A stretch of DNA of 64,000 bases from assembly GCA_013265495.1 (NCBI GenBank), contig MU058198.1, forward strand, positions 3,732,419 to 3,796,418, in the 5' to 3' direction. Every line of letters starts with the position of its first letter. The first letter of the stretch is position 1. The translations under genes were made by a program, and so were the position numbers. The notes under the pieces are model-generated. The model was not told the DNA's origin. It saw only the letters and a list, made by a program, of their open reading frames with translations, and ran no database searches. The DNA is from Vicugna vicugna (taxonomy: Eukaryota). Below, piece after piece: positions 13,401-27,526 of this stretch.

Positions 13401-15029
13401 AGCCCCAGACTCCAGTGTCTTCTGCTGGATCCAAGTGCAGCACTGAATTACCATAGGAAAAAATTGCCTGAGATGATTAAAAGGCAGTTGAGTTCATACC
13501 AGTAACAAAGGCCTTTTCTCAAGTCTTGGAGCTCCCGTTGTGGGAGTCTATCCTAATTTTAATCTCATTAGTGGTATGCATTCACACGCACACATATACA
13601 TCCATACATTAGAGGTGGTTATATAATCCTGCAGACAAAAGCTCTTCCCTTTACTTCAACCTGCTTTGCTATCTTCCTGCACCATATGGTGCATCCTTTT
13701 ATCATATGGTTCACAGATAGCTCAGTCTTTGCTACCTGTTCCCTTAATCCTCTTCCAGAGAACCTTTTGACATTTGCTGTCTGATCTTGGATTCCTGCCT
13801 TCTCTTTGGTTCTCTCCCAATTACGGCAGCTTCCTCCCAGCCCCCAGTCTTTTGTAGGCAATTCTGACTGCCATGTATTTTTGCCGACTCATCTTCCCCA
13901 GTCCCAGTGAGGCCCTTCCACTTCCCGAATTTGTCCAGCATCTCATTAGTAAAGCGACTTACTGCTCTTCTGTAGCCCCTGCTCTCACCCCTCAGAAGAT
14001 CATAAATTACAGAACAAGAAAGCCTCAGTAAGAGTCTGTTTTCCCAATAAAATTAATCATTTCAGGGAAAGTGAAATATCTGGAATTCAAGTTTGATTAT
14101 CTAGCCAGAGTGAGTAAAGGGAGGATTTATTGGAAAGAGATGGCATGTCTCTGTGAATCGCTCAACATCCAAAAGCAAGAGTGCAGCCGGGACAAGAAGG
14201 CTGCCAGGAACCAGCAATCATCATCTCCACCTTGGAGACCCCCAATCTGCCCTCCTGGCTTCTTGCTGATGCCTCACCCTGTGGATGTGCCCCAGCACTA
14301 CCCCCCTCAGCCTTATGTCACGTCTCAATTCTCAGTGGCTGATTACCAAATCTAGAAAGAGAAGCTGATGGGGCAGTAGGACTCAGGGATCATGTGATCC
14401 AATTAGCTGTGGCCAAGGGGAGAGGTCACTTTTCCAGCCAGCCATCAGGAAACACAACAGGAACGGACTCTGCAAAGCAGTTGTGAGATGGGCAGTTCCT
14501 CAAAGAGAAGGAAGAAAATGATGGTCCGGAAACACAAGGCAAAATGTTTCCTTTAAGTCTGTATGTTCTTCAAAATGTTGCCTTTGGAAAGTCTCTGTGG
14601 AAAAAATAATACAGAGTTAATTCTAGTCCTCTTATTAAAGGACCAGGTAGAACCTATTAACATGGAAACTCTGTCTCAGGCAATAATTCATGGCCACAGG
14701 TCCAATTATCATGCTGCCATTGTTCACCCTCTGCATATCCATCTCAACCACATCTTTATGTGCCATTTCAGAAATTCTAGTTCTGTTAAGATGAATCCCT
14801 GTTTACTAACAGCATAACCCGTAATCTTTCTACAGCAAACACGAGAGCAGAGGCCTATAGATTATAATCATCCAACACCCATGGTAAATATTTTGGAAGT
14901 CCAAGTATGAATGGTTAATGTAATTAAACATGCCATAGTTTGTTTCAGTTCCCCTGCCCCAGCCCCGTTTCATATTATCTGCTGACTTCATTGAAAATCA
15001 CTGCAGAGATTGATAATATATATCATGAG

Positions 15030-15210
15030 CATTGAGAATGTGTCCATGTGCTTTATATGCATCATTTAATATTCACAATGATCTTATAAGGTGGGTGTGT
15101 AATTATCCCCCTTTCACAGATGAGGAAATAGAGGCCCAGAGAGGTGAGAGACTCCCAAATTAACGCAGCAGTGGATGCAGGTTCAAACACAAGGAGTCTC
15201 GCTCCCAAGT
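15030..15210 (-). mobile_element. MIR SINE
   Basis: attatcccctttcacagatgaggaaatagaggcccagagaggt. Confidence 0.7.
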
Positions 15211-16094
15211 GCACAACCACTACACCACACAGCCTCTGGGGCACTCACTGTGCTTCACGCCCGCCTTGGAGAAAGCCCACTCTCTATTAGTCTGGGACAC
15301 CAGCCCCAAAGGGAGGCTTTGTGTGTGCACAGAGCAGATCAGATTATAGAGAAGCAGGCTTCCTTTGTGCATCTAATTGTTGGAATGAATGATGGGCCCT
15401 TAAGGGTTTCATTGCATTTTCTTTTGGTAAAAGGCATCAATTATTAGTTTGTTTTCCTGGGAATTGTCTAAAAAAAATAGTCAAATCTACTTTTATTTTA
15501 ACCATCTAGCTTTGTCAAATGTAATGTATGATTCAAAAAAAATTGACTAAGTTAGCATACAGGTCGTCAACATTGATTTGAGCTCAACAGAATCAGTAAC
15601 TTGAATTGATACCCATCAAATTCTACCACATCAATTCTATGATATTAATAATTAGAAGTGATACAGCCCAGAGTTTTGAAATAGTAGTTCTCTGGCATTT
15701 CTTATTGCAACCCAATCAAACAATTAAACATTTCTTATTAAATCCAACTAAACATCTTCATTTAAAACACAGGAGCTAAGCATTTCAGGTTTAAATCTTC
15801 TTACTCCCTCCCCTCCTTCTTCCCAGCAGCGACTGTGAGTCATTCCTTCCATGGGTGTAGTGACATTTGCTTAACAATAGCAAGTCCACAGGAGCTAGAG
15901 ATGACTAGGCTAAAAGTACTTTCATTCTAAACTTCATTTCACACTTGCATTGGCTTTCTCTGCTAGTGGGCAAAAATTCGAGTTGATTAAATCTAGTGTG
16001 TGCCATGGCATCATTTTAAAGGACTTAAATCTTAGTAACACCTGTCAACCCGACCTCTGATCTGAAAACTCATTTCATCTATCACGCAGTTCCA

Positions 16095-16430
16095 CGCCTC
16101 CTCCGTGATCAACATCCCCCCACTCAAGTGGTACATTTGTTACAATCGATAAACCTACACTGACACGCCATTATCACCTAAAGTCCGCAATTTACGTTAG
16201 AGTTCATTCTTGGTGGTGTCCGTTCTGCAGGTTTGGACAAATGTATAATGATATGCGTCGACCATTATAGCATCATACAGAGTAGTCTCACTGCCCTAAA
16301 AATCCTCTACACTCCCCGTATTCCTCCCTCCCACCCTCTACCCCCTAGCAACCACTGATCTTTTTACTGTCTCCATGGTTTTGCCTTTTCCAGAATGTCA
16401 TATAGTTGGAATCATACAGTATGTAACCAT
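16095..16430 (-). mobile_element. L1MC-like 3' fragment
   Basis: gtggtacatttgttacaatcgataaacctacactgacacgccattatcacc...gcaaccactgatctttttactgtctccatggttttgccttttccagaatgtcatatagttggaatcatacagtatgt. Confidence 0.8.
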
Positions 16431-18865
16431 ATAAAGAGGTTTTATTTTAAATATGGAAAAACCTTACATAAGAAATCATGAAGCAACCAAGTTGTATCGT
16501 CTGAGCTGATCTGCACGCTCAGTACCGCTGTTCTTTTTTGTCTTGCAGACTTGGAGATTGTATTCACAAAGTGATTCAGTCCTCCCCAGATCCACACTAT
16601 TAACTCCCAGTTAGCATCTTTCCCCCCACTATATCACTTTTCAGTTTTTCCCGAAGTTCTTCTTCAGTTTGCAAGTCTACCCGGTAGCTTCTCCAAAGCG
16701 AGCTATTAGAAGCCAGAAGCCATTTGTAGATGGCTAACTTCCAGTTTGCTGCTAGAGGCAAATGCATTTGAGTCCACTCAAGCCACGTGATTTTCTATTC
16801 AATTAGTGTGTCCACCATCACATATAAAATTTAAACACACATATGTGTGGATATATACGCTTAGAAAATGTGATCCAAAGTTCAAACGGTAACAACACAC
16901 TTTGAAGAAATAACATTAGTGACTCCAAGATAAGCTAGAACATGTTAGGACATCTTCATGTCTGGTGAAAGTTGAATGTTGGGAGAACCTCAAAAGGTAA
17001 AGAATTCATCAACTGTGAGGAACGTAGTGTATTGAGTTCTTTCTGGATGTTCTTGTATCACTGAGCCGCCATCATGGCCCTGTGAATTGATGGACTCTTG
17101 TCTACAGTTACTCCCACATCCACCTACAAGATCCCTTGGTTGGAATGGCTCTGCCCCTCATTCAAGGCCTCTGGTTATCAAGAGTGAGTGGCTTAAGCCA
17201 CCTCTTCACCCCTGGCCCAGTATGAAGGAGGGCTTTGCCGGAGAAGATGAGGCTGTGAGGGTCTGGAAGCCAGGGCACATCGTTGCTTCCCCATTCGGAA
17301 TTTTAGAAGTTCACAGATAATCCGCTGATTGCGCAGGGAAGTCCTGTTGGACTGAACATGCAGCTCCCTGTGGGAGAACCCTCTTAGCCTCTCCCAGAGG
17401 GCTCCTGCCAGCCCCACCTCTAAACACAGGCAAGGTGACCTTGCCTTTCGTTCTGGGCTTTGCATAAGAATCTCCTGGGAAATGGATTTTGCAGAAATTT
17501 TGGTCTATTTCTCTGTTCACGTTTCTGCCTTTCTCTTTCTCTCATCTGGAGAATGTGGGAAAGAACCACTGTATCCACAGAACGAACTGGAACATCACAC
17601 TCATTCTCTGTATTTATGCTTTCACTTTAACAATGTGGCTTCTGTGCCCTGGGCTCTGAGCTTTACCACCATTATGTCACTTGTTCTCAGAGCAACCCTG
17701 TGAGGGAGGAACTGTCATGATGCCCCTTTTATATGTGGGGAAATGAAACTCAGAGAGGTTGAGTAACTTGCCCCAAAACACACAGCAAGCACATGAGAGT
17801 TAAGCTCATGATTCCAGAGCTGAACTTGTACATGCTGTGATTTTACAGTTCAAATTAGATGTAAACTCCCAGCTCATCAGACTCTGTCAGTGTCATAATC
17901 TCATTCTTACATCCAAGAGCTTGTCCGGATACCTGCCACGTTGTAAAAGAGATGAGGGTGTGGACGCTAACCTTCATTTTGTAACCTGACCACACCCAAG
18001 TCTCTCAGAATCCTACTCCTGAGTGGGTGACTGCCCTTGGAGGAACAGTGGACAGTGTTTGCCCAGTGCTCTAGCCTCTGATTACAACACCATCTTGACG
18101 GCCTCTTGCCAGCTCACCACCTCATCCTCCCCCAGGGCAGGCAAGGCCTGGCACAGGAAGCCTCAGATATTTAGAAGATTTGGATTTAATTGGTCTGGAG
18201 TGTGGCCCAAGCATCAGCTTCTAAAAGCTCCACAGAGAATTCTAATGTGCAGCCTGGAGAAACAGGAGCTCAGTACAAGTGAGCAAGGGAAACCCACGGA
18301 AAGGGTGGGAGAGGGGAGGAGACCAGATCTGCCTTAAGACTGAGAGTCGAGCTGATCTAAAGTTCTCTCTGCAGGTCTTCGAAGGAACTGGGTAGAACCC
18401 AAGCAGGAGACAGTCCCAGAGGGCAGGGGGACCTTCAAAGAGATGCAACCCTATAATAGATTCCATCAAGCTCCTAGAGAATTAGCTAGGAGGCATTTGC
18501 AGGAGACCTGGTTAGGGATCGTGGTGGCTTAGATTGGGAAAGAGGTTGGATATAGCGTGTGTTTTGAATGTAGAGCTGACGAAACTTGTAGATGCATTAG
18601 GTGCGAGAGGTTAGACAGAGGAACTGAGGGAGGCTCCATTTGGCTTTGGGCTTTTGGGAAGTGTCGGTTGAAGCTGGGGAAGTGAGGGGTGGGGCCTTTG
18701 GCTCTTAACTATCTCTGCCCTGTCGCATTAATAGGCACGTGACACCCAGTGCCCTCAGGACATGTCTCCTTAGCCAGTCGAGAGCTGGAAATCGGTGCTC
18801 TGTGCAAAGGATCGCAGGCAGTCCCCTTGGTCATTCTCAGACAGGATCGAGGGGATGATAACCAC

Positions 18866-19314
18866 TGTAGTGGATGGAATTGTCTCCCCTCCATGTACAT
18901 TTTCAAGTTCTAACTACTGAGACTCTGAACTTGACCTTATTTGGGCATAGGGTCTTTGCAGGTGGCATCAAGTTCAGATGAGGTGTGACTGGATGAGGGT
19001 GGGCCCTAACCCAATGGCTGGTCTCCTTACAAGAAGAGGGACAGAGACACAGGGAAGAAGGCCATGTGAAGACAGAGGCAGGGATTGGAGTGATGTGTCC
19101 ACAAACTGAGGAACGCTAACGATGGCTGGCAACCGCAGAAGCTGGGAGGGAGGCCTGGAACAGATTCTCCCTCAAAGCCACTAGAAGGAACCGTTCCTAC
19201 CAACACCTTGATTTCAGACTTCTGGGCTCCTGAACTGTGAGAGAATAAATTGCTGTTGTTTTATGCCTCATAGTTTCTGGTTCTTTGTTACGACAGTGCC
19301 AGGAAACTCGTGCA
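18866..19314 (+). mobile_element. Complete MaLR solo LTR (MLT1B/C-like), 449 bp, with perfect 5-bp TSD
   Basis: Starts TG and ends CA; ACCAC at 18861-65 and 19315-19; internal gccatgtgaagacagaggcagggattggagtgatg and gaactgtgagagAATAAAt. Confidence 0.9.
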
Positions 19315-21437
19315 ACCACCAGGCCCTAAGTGCTCATCATCTATTTGTCCAGCGTGGTGCTGAGTTAAGGTGTGCACTCTGCATACTCGATCCCCCAGAG
19401 TGCCCTCGACACCAGCAAAAGATAAGCATGGTCAGTGTCCCTGTTTTATAGATGAGGACATTCATTAAGGTTCAGAAAAGTGAAGTGAGTTGCTCAGTTA
19501 CGCAGCTGGTACGTGGTGGAACTTGGACACGTACCAGGTCTCCTCGTTGTCAAGTCTCTGTCCTAATCGTGATGCCATCCTGTCCCATGGTCAAGGGCCA
19601 AGATTCCAGGCACATTTCGCCATTTGGATTCACCAGGAAGGTTCATCTTAACAAACTTTCCGTCTCGGAGTCCCGGGGCCACTTTCCTCCATTGTAATCT
19701 GCTGTCACTGGAAGCCACTGCTGTTTATCACATCTCTCCCGGAAGATTCTTGGGTAGCAGATGTGGCTTGGAATTTGATAAGAACATCACTTCAACACAG
19801 CCTTTCAGTCTGTTTGGAATCCTCACCCTGGAGCTGGAGGGACAGCTGAACAAACAGCCCACGTCCTCGATGTGGGTATTAACTGAAGCAGGAGCTCCAG
19901 AAACTTCGTGAGACAACTAGTAAAAAAAAAATCATGTCGACTTAAAGGAACATTTTAGAACATGACCATCGCCCTGGCTGATACCGTGGCTATTTTTCTA
20001 CTGTTTTCTGCTATTGTACTGACACTTGAGGGCACAGATGGAGGGAGTAAGGTCTTCTCAAGCCGCTTACTTCTGGGAAGCAGGGCCACCTCGGTCCTGT
20101 GTGTGAGCGTCTCACCAACTTGCATCTCACCTGGCGTCACGCCTGGCACAGAATTCCCGGCAGAGCTGGTGGACTAGATGGATGCACCAGAGTCGTGGCT
20201 GCAGCGCTAACTCAGACCAAGGTCATCTCAACAAGTAAATGAATGGTTTGTTAGTGGTTGTAGAGGAAATGGAGAAAGGCCATAACTGTTCCATCCTTGA
20301 CCGTGAGTTAGGCCACAAGGGCCAAAACCTCAGCAAGTGGGATGGGCAGGAAAAGGAGAACAGGGCCAGATCTGGAGTTGAATTTGAAACGCCCAGCGGC
20401 AATTTGCAGATGGTGCAGCCTCACAACGCAACACTTGGTACTCAGGGCTCGGAGAATCAGATGGCGTGTGGTCAAGAGCGCGGACTTTGGAGACAGATGA
20501 TCTAGAAGGATCACTTCCTAGTGGAGTGACTTTGGCCCACTCACCTAACCTCTGTAAGCCCTGGAGACAGTGGCAGTACCTACACTCACGTCTGTGTGGA
20601 ATTAAATGAGACAGTACACAGTGGCAGTAAGGAGTCAGGGTGGTTATCATTATCAGCTCCAAACTCATCACCTTCCCAACATTGGCCAGTCCGCCCAACC
20701 TTGCCTGTTCTCTCCCTGACAGTAACAGTGGGCTCTTTCCTTTGAACATCACCTGTTCTTTGTCCAGTCACCCCACCTGGTGCCAGTGCTCCTCTGTCTA
20801 CTGGAGATAATCATTTGCTGCATCTCAGAGATCTGGGAGTTGGCATCTGGAATTTGAGTTCCAGAACTTGAGAGCTCACTTCTGACCATAATTCTAGGCC
20901 TGGGTTTATGGATCCAGATGGTCTAATCCTAAGGGAACACAATTCACTCCCTTTTGCCTGGAATATGCCTCCCCCATCTCCTCCTTGCTAGTCCTAGTAA
21001 TGCTTCAGGTCTCAGCTTAACCATCCCCTCCCCAGGGCATCTTTTGCTGGCCCACCAAATCAGGTTAAGTCCTCCATGTGAACACTCATGGGGCACTGTG
21101 CACTTCTCTTTCAGGAGTTTAATCATAATTGAATTGGAATTATTTGTGCTAGTGTGGGAGCTTCCTGAAGGCATTGTCATCCCACATCCCCAGTGCCTGG
21201 CGCATCCAGACAGTTTATTTATTCATGTTTACTGAATGAATAAATGAATTGGCCAGCCTTCCAGGTCCTGGTTAAGTCAGGGGATAAGATTTGGAAGGCA
21301 AAATGAATTCCGTCTATGTTGCTGGTCTGAGTTGAAGCCTTTTAAAGAGAAAATTGATTGAAAAGAGAGTGCGTAGCTAAACGCAAGAAATGAATAAAGT
21401 GAGGTTGCATCAGTGCACATTTGAACTTAGAGGAATC

Positions 21438-22075
21438 TGTTCTAGTTGCTTTTTTTTTTTTTAATTGAAGTATAGTCAGTTACAATGTGTCAATTTCTGG
21501 TGTATGGCATAATGTTTCAGTCATACATATATATGTACATATATTCGTTCTTTTTCATATTCTTTTTCATTATAGGTTACTGTAAGATGTTGAATATAGT
21601 TCCCTGTGCTATATAGAAGACATTTGTTTTTTAATCTGATGCTATCTAGTTGCCTGATGCTGCATAACAAACCATCCCCAAACTCAGAGATATAAAACAA
21701 CACCACTCGTATGTTATTATCTCTCATGTTTTCTTTGGGGAGGGAAATTGGGAATGCTTGCTGGTTGGTGGGTGGGGTCTGTCCTGCATTAGCTGGGGCT
21801 GGAGCACCCTATGCTGTCTGGGCACCCAGCTCTTTGTGTAACCTCCAGCCGTCTCCACATGGTCTCATTCTGTGGCCTCAGGGCTCCAAAGGCAGGTGTC
21901 CCAAGAGAAATTGACAGAAGTTGCTGCCTCCAAAGTCACAAAGAATTACTTTCACTATATTCCATTCACTGAAGCAGCCACAAAGGGCTGCCCATGTTCA
22001 GGGGGAGAGGGCACAGACTCTGCCCCTTGATTGAGGAGTATCTAATATTTATAGACATGTTCTGAAACCACCACA
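21438..22075 (-). mobile_element. MLT1 LTR interrupted by an L1 insertion
   Basis: tgttctagttgc|ctgatgctgcataacaaaccatccccaaactcag...cactatattccattc...actctgccccttgattgaggag...aaccaccaca. Confidence 0.65.
21450..21644 (-). mobile_element. 5'-truncated L1 3' end with 9-bp TSD, inserted in an MLT1 LTR
   Basis: Poly-T then aattgaagtatagtcagttacaatgtgtcaatttctggtg...; TCTAGTTGC at 21441-21449 and 21645-21653. Confidence 0.85.
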
Positions 22076-23107
22076 GAATATCACTTCCTTCATGATATGG
22101 GGAAAGCTCTCTAGAAGCCCTCAAAAGCTCTCCAAGGGCAGAGAGATTCCCGCTGAAAAGGAAAGCTTGATTAGAATATAAAGGAACAAAGCTCCCTTTT
22201 CACCCCTTGGTAGTGAGTGCTGAGAAAGCGTTGGGAATCTCAGAATAAAAGGATTCTCTCTGTTTTACTTGTGGACACCTCCTAACTCCCGTATTAAATG
22301 AATCAGTTTTGATAGTTCCTCAGAGTCCCTCAGAACAACAAATTTAGTGATGAGACTTGAGGGGAGGGGAGGCGTTTGTTAAAATACATATTCCCAGGCC
22401 ACAGTCAGAGCTTCTGAATGAGAGGCAGCACTTGGAATCTGTCTTCTAAACACATACCTTGATGTAATTCTGATATGGACCAGAAGCACTGTCCTTTATA
22501 AAGAATGGAATTTGCCTTGTTTTAAGTCATGTACTGACCTGATGCTACTTGGCTTCCTGAAATTCTTGTTTTTATTAAGAATTTGAGTTCCTCAAGCAAT
22601 AATTTGGCCTTACAGGATCTTTAAGAAACAGAAATCCATTCAAGCTAATATAAATAAAAATAATAACTTTATTGGGGGCATGTGGAGGTTTCTATGGAAA
22701 CAGCCAAGCCCCGTGAAGGATTGGAACCAGGAACTGGAAAGCAAGGCCTTTGCTCATTCCCTGATCTTGCTTTTCCCACACATCTGGTTCATTTTTTTTG
22801 CCTGCATGTGAAAGGACCACCCTAGGCAGGTCTGTGTGTTTCTCTACTTAGGCCCTAGACTGCCTACTTGGAGTATACTAATCACACATTCTTAAACAAG
22901 AGAATCTGATTGGCTCAACCTAGGTCAGTTATGTACCTCTGGTCCAATCAGCTGTGGCCAGGTGCAACCCCTGCCCAATCAGAAGGTTCTTTGTAATAAT
23001 GGAGCTGGAAGAAATGAAAAGTATGCCAGGGTCTGTTTCCAGGTTAAACTGCGGCCACTTTTGATAATGTAGTCACTGTCATTTTTTTCCCTGACCGTGT
23101 TCTAGAA

Positions 23108-23295
23108 CAGGGGTCAGCAAACTACTGGTACTGGGCCCACCTCCTATTTTTATAAATAAAGATTTATTGGAACACTTGCGTGTGGGCTGCTTTCCCGCTA
23201 CAGTGGTGGGGTTGAGTAGTGGATACAGAAACTGTCCCACAAAGTCTATGATATTTACCATTTGGCCCTTTACAGAAAAAGTTTGCTGGTCCCTG
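23108..23295. mobile_element. MER58A-like hAT-Charlie MITE
   Basis: Terminal inverted repeats CAGGGGTCAGCAAACT / AGTTTGCTGGTCCCTG; degenerate 8-bp flanks ttctagaa / ctctggag. Confidence 0.85.
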
Positions 23296-23547
23296 CTCTG
23301 GAGCTTGATTCACTTCTATCTCTAAATTGTTATCAACTCTTCGTGTGTGTCAGTTCTGTTTTCCTCCAGCCAATACAGGGGAATTTTCCAAAGTTTGCTC
23401 CTTTGTATACCACTCACAGAATATGAGGGGTGCTCTCTGGTGCTGGCTTATTGCCCCTCTCCCCCTGGGGCTTAGGTTAGCGCTAGACACAGAATCTTCA
23501 CATATCCCTGTTGATTGACTGAAAAACAATTATCTCTACAAATGCAA

Positions 23548-24076
23548 CAGTGTTTTCTATAATGTGTGAAGTGTGTAGTATTGATGATTTACAAGATGAT
23601 TTTAATTTAGTAGCTGAGGTTTTTTTAGGGGGCACAAAGATGCAATATGAAATAAAATTAAATCACAGCATGATAGGGTTATTCTCTGTTTCCTCTTAGT
23701 CTTTCTAATTACTTGAACCAGAAAGTCTCATTTGATGACAGTATGCCATTAATAGCTAACATTTGCAAATATCACTTTTTTCCTTAAACAAGGAAAAAAC
23801 ACAGGGTCTGGCTTGGAACCTTCAGCAGTCAGCAGTCTCTGGCTAGGATTTCCTCTCACTGCATTGCTTTTATTTATTTTTATGCTCATCTCCCATTTAT
23901 GGCTCATGATACTGGCTTGCCAGTAATGGTGGTGATATAGTTTCCTTTTCAGATAAATTTAGTTAAGTAAAGATGTGACTAGACTTCAAAAATATGAAGT
24001 AAATACCAGTTTAGGGGGTAGGAAAAAAATGTGAAAAAGCCCTGTGTGTGATTGATCGAAGTTTGGGAATGTCTGC
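23548..24076. mobile_element. hAT-Charlie (MER113-like) element; related pieces at about 29090-29370, 30190-30300 and 37650-38000
   Basis: Starts cagtgttttc...aagatgatttt, ends gtttgggaatgtctg; shares motifs with the other three segments. Confidence 0.5.
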
Positions 24077-25584
24077 CCTAGAGTATCTGACATAGATACA
24101 AAGCAGTCCCAGGGGCCAGAAGGAGGAGTGACCCGTTTGGTTTAAGTGGATCATTGAGAGATATAGAAGAAGGTAACTTCTGAGCTGAATCTCTGATTCT
24201 CTGATCGGTGAGAGAATGTGGAAGGACACTGCAGGCAGTAGGAATAGAACAGCCAAAGGAAAAGAAAGAACAGGATGTGGTCATGGAATTGTTTGGTTCC
24301 CAGAGCCACTGGGGGACCTGAAGTATTTGAGTAGCATGGGCAGATCTGCATTTTCAGAACAATCATTAGCTCGAGCAGGTGAATCTCTCAGCCTCAGTTT
24401 GTTTATCTGTAGAATGGGGGTAACTGGAACAGATGTGGAATGTCCAGTCCTGCCTCTGGTGCATGGGGAAATTCCCAGCCATCTGTCCTGTTTCTCCTTC
24501 AGGACAGGGACTGAGATGTCTTATCACGATGCATTGACATTCAGGGTATGCAGGGCCCCTCCTCTGGATTCTCGGGTGGTGGTGGGGTGGGGTGTTTACA
24601 AGTATCCAGGATTGTTAGTTTGTACCTTGACCAGTGCTGATGGGGCAGTGGGGCTGTCCATACTGGAAGCCAGCTCAGCACTGAGCCCCTCCTGTGTCCC
24701 CTGGGGTCCTCTCAGTTGAAGGCTCTGCTTTCACCCACCTCCAGTCCTGCCACCCTTTCACCTCTGGCCAAGTCCCCTCCCTGCCTTCTCCCTGCACTTG
24801 CCCCAGCCGCGGCCTTCTTGGGAATCTGAGAGCAGAAAATCCCTATCTCCATTCTACTCTGTCTTAGTGGAGTCATTGCTTCTGCCTTGGGGAAGGCTAA
24901 GGAAGGAGAAACAGCTCTGGGTACCAGTGAGAGAGCAGAGGGAGATGGGAAATAAACCCAAGATGCACATCACCCTGCCATGCGAACGTGGGCTCTGCCG
25001 TGAGGATCAAGTAAATGCCCGGCCGGCAGGACCTGCTCAGTTTGGCAGCTCTTATTTCTGTGGTGAGGCTTCGGGAGGAAGAGGTTGGGAAGGTCCTCTT
25101 GCTGTGCGTCAGGAGCTTTCTTCCTAAGGGCTACAAATTCATGGATCTGCATTGCCCATGGCCACCCCTGATGAGAGGAAAGATGGGGAGGGAGGAGACA
25201 TGCCTCTGTGTGGGCCGGCGAGCTCAGCCGGAGCGTCTGAGCAGGTGTGCAGTCAGGGCTGTTCCGTCAGGGTAGGAGCTGTGCGGATGTGTCCAGCTGC
25301 CCGCCCGCCCAAGGCTTCCTCTATGCGTTGCTCCCTCTGGCCCCAGGCTTCTGTCACCTTCCTTGGTCCTCTAGCTGAGTCAGGTGTGAGCAGTTCACTT
25401 CCCCAGCCACCTCAACTCCTTGAGGATTCTTCTGGAGCTCTCGGCAAGTGGAGTGTTTAAAGGCAGAGAGACCTTGAAGTCAGGTAAACCTGAGTTCAAA
25501 TCCTGGCTCTGTTCCTAACTGAATTTGTGGTGTGACAGGCAGCTTACCTTCCCTGAGCCCTAGTCTCCTATGGAATTGGGCTTA

Positions 25585-25840
25585 AAAAAAAAACTAATTA
25601 ATTTATTTAAAAACTTTAATTAATTAATTTATTCATTTATTTATTTGAAATTGATACACAATATTCTATAAATTATAAGGGTACAATACAGTGATTCACA
25701 ATTGTTAAAGGTTATCCTCCATTTAGAGTTATAAAATATTGGCTCTAATCCTCGTGTTGTACAATATATCTGTGTAGCTCATTGTATACATAATAGTTTG
25801 TACTTCTTAATCTCCGACCTCTATATTGCCCCTTCCCGCT
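25585..25840 (-). mobile_element. L1 3'-end fragment inserted in a MIR
   Basis: AT-rich tail then gtacaatacagtgattcacaatt...ggctctaatcctcgtgttgtacaatatatc; MIR-like sequence on both sides (25460-25580 and 25841-25960). Confidence 0.7.
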
Positions 25841-26637
25841 TGAAATAGGGTTCTCAATGGTACCTACTCCCTAAGTAAATGAGAAATAATAAGTGAAAAC
25901 CACTCATTGTCTGGTGCATGGATAAGTGCTCAAATTGTCGTGGTGATTGATATTATTGCCTGCAAAATAGCTGACACAGTGCATACAGTCAATACTTACT
26001 TCGGTCTGATTGCTTCTTCCTCCAGGAAGCCTTCCAGGAAGCCCCCAGACCAGGTTAGGTCTCGTACCATGTGGTCCTGCCCCGTGCTCCCTAAGAGGCT
26101 TCTGGAGAACAGTACCTGCTGGTCACTGTTCCCTCTGGCATAGTGACAGCCAGTAAAAATAATGATGTGTCACGAGCCACACTGATTAACATGCTCTGAT
26201 TGCAACCACAGCTGCATGGAAGGGAGCCCCAGCACAACAGGAGAGGATGTTAAAATATTACATTAATCATCCCGGTAATTAATGTCCAAAATCTTCCTTC
26301 CTCCCTGGAAGGCAGGGTCAGAGAACGTGCCTGCTCATCTCTTGCCGTTTCCCCAGGGCTTAGCAGGCTCTTCATGAAGATTAAATAACTGAAAAATAAA
26401 GGAACAATTGCACCAAATGCAGTCGTATCAGGAATTCACTCGTGCTTTCCGTCCCCAAATACTTAACTGAACATCTCCTGTGTGCCAGGCCCTATTCCAG
26501 GCTCTTGGGCTACACCAGTGAGCAAAACAGGCCAAGATCCTCGTGGGGTTTATATTCTAGTCACGTTTGGTTGGGCATTGATGCATATCCCGAAGAGGTA
26601 CCCCAGTACCTGCTCGTGGCTCTGGGAACCATCGTCT

Positions 26638-26976
26638 GATGAATTTTTATTTGATTTGAGTTTTTTTAGCGATATTTTTTAAATTCAAAGTGTAGTTGAT
26701 TTATGATGCTGTGTTAGTTTCAGGTGTACAGCTAAGTGATTTGATTGGTTCTTTCCCGTTACTGGTTATTACAAGATTCTTTTCAGATTCTTTTCCACTA
26801 TAGGTTATTACAGGATACTGAAGGTAGTTCCCTATGCTCTACAGCAGGTCCTTGCTATGTATCTATTTTCCATATAGCAGTGTGTATCTGCTAATCCCAA
26901 ACTCCTGATTTATCCCTTCCCACCCCCTTTACCACCCCAGGGAACCATAAGTTTGTTTTCTGTGTCTGTTTCTGTT
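26638..26976 (-). mobile_element. 5'-truncated L1 3' end with degenerate 15-bp TSD
   Basis: tagttgatttatgatgctgtgttagtttcaggtgtacag...ggaaccataagtttgttttc; TGGGAACCATCGTCT (26623-37) vs TGGGAGCCATCCTCT (26977-91), 13/15 identical. Confidence 0.8.
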
Positions 26977-27079
26977 TGGGAGCCATCCTCTCTTGATTGG
27001 GTGTGAAGTCTGTGGGAAATGTCATGTATCGGATCGGCATCCACACAGGGCGTGTGGACACAGCCTGGGGCAGATTTGA

Positions 27080-27526
<447 letters not shown>

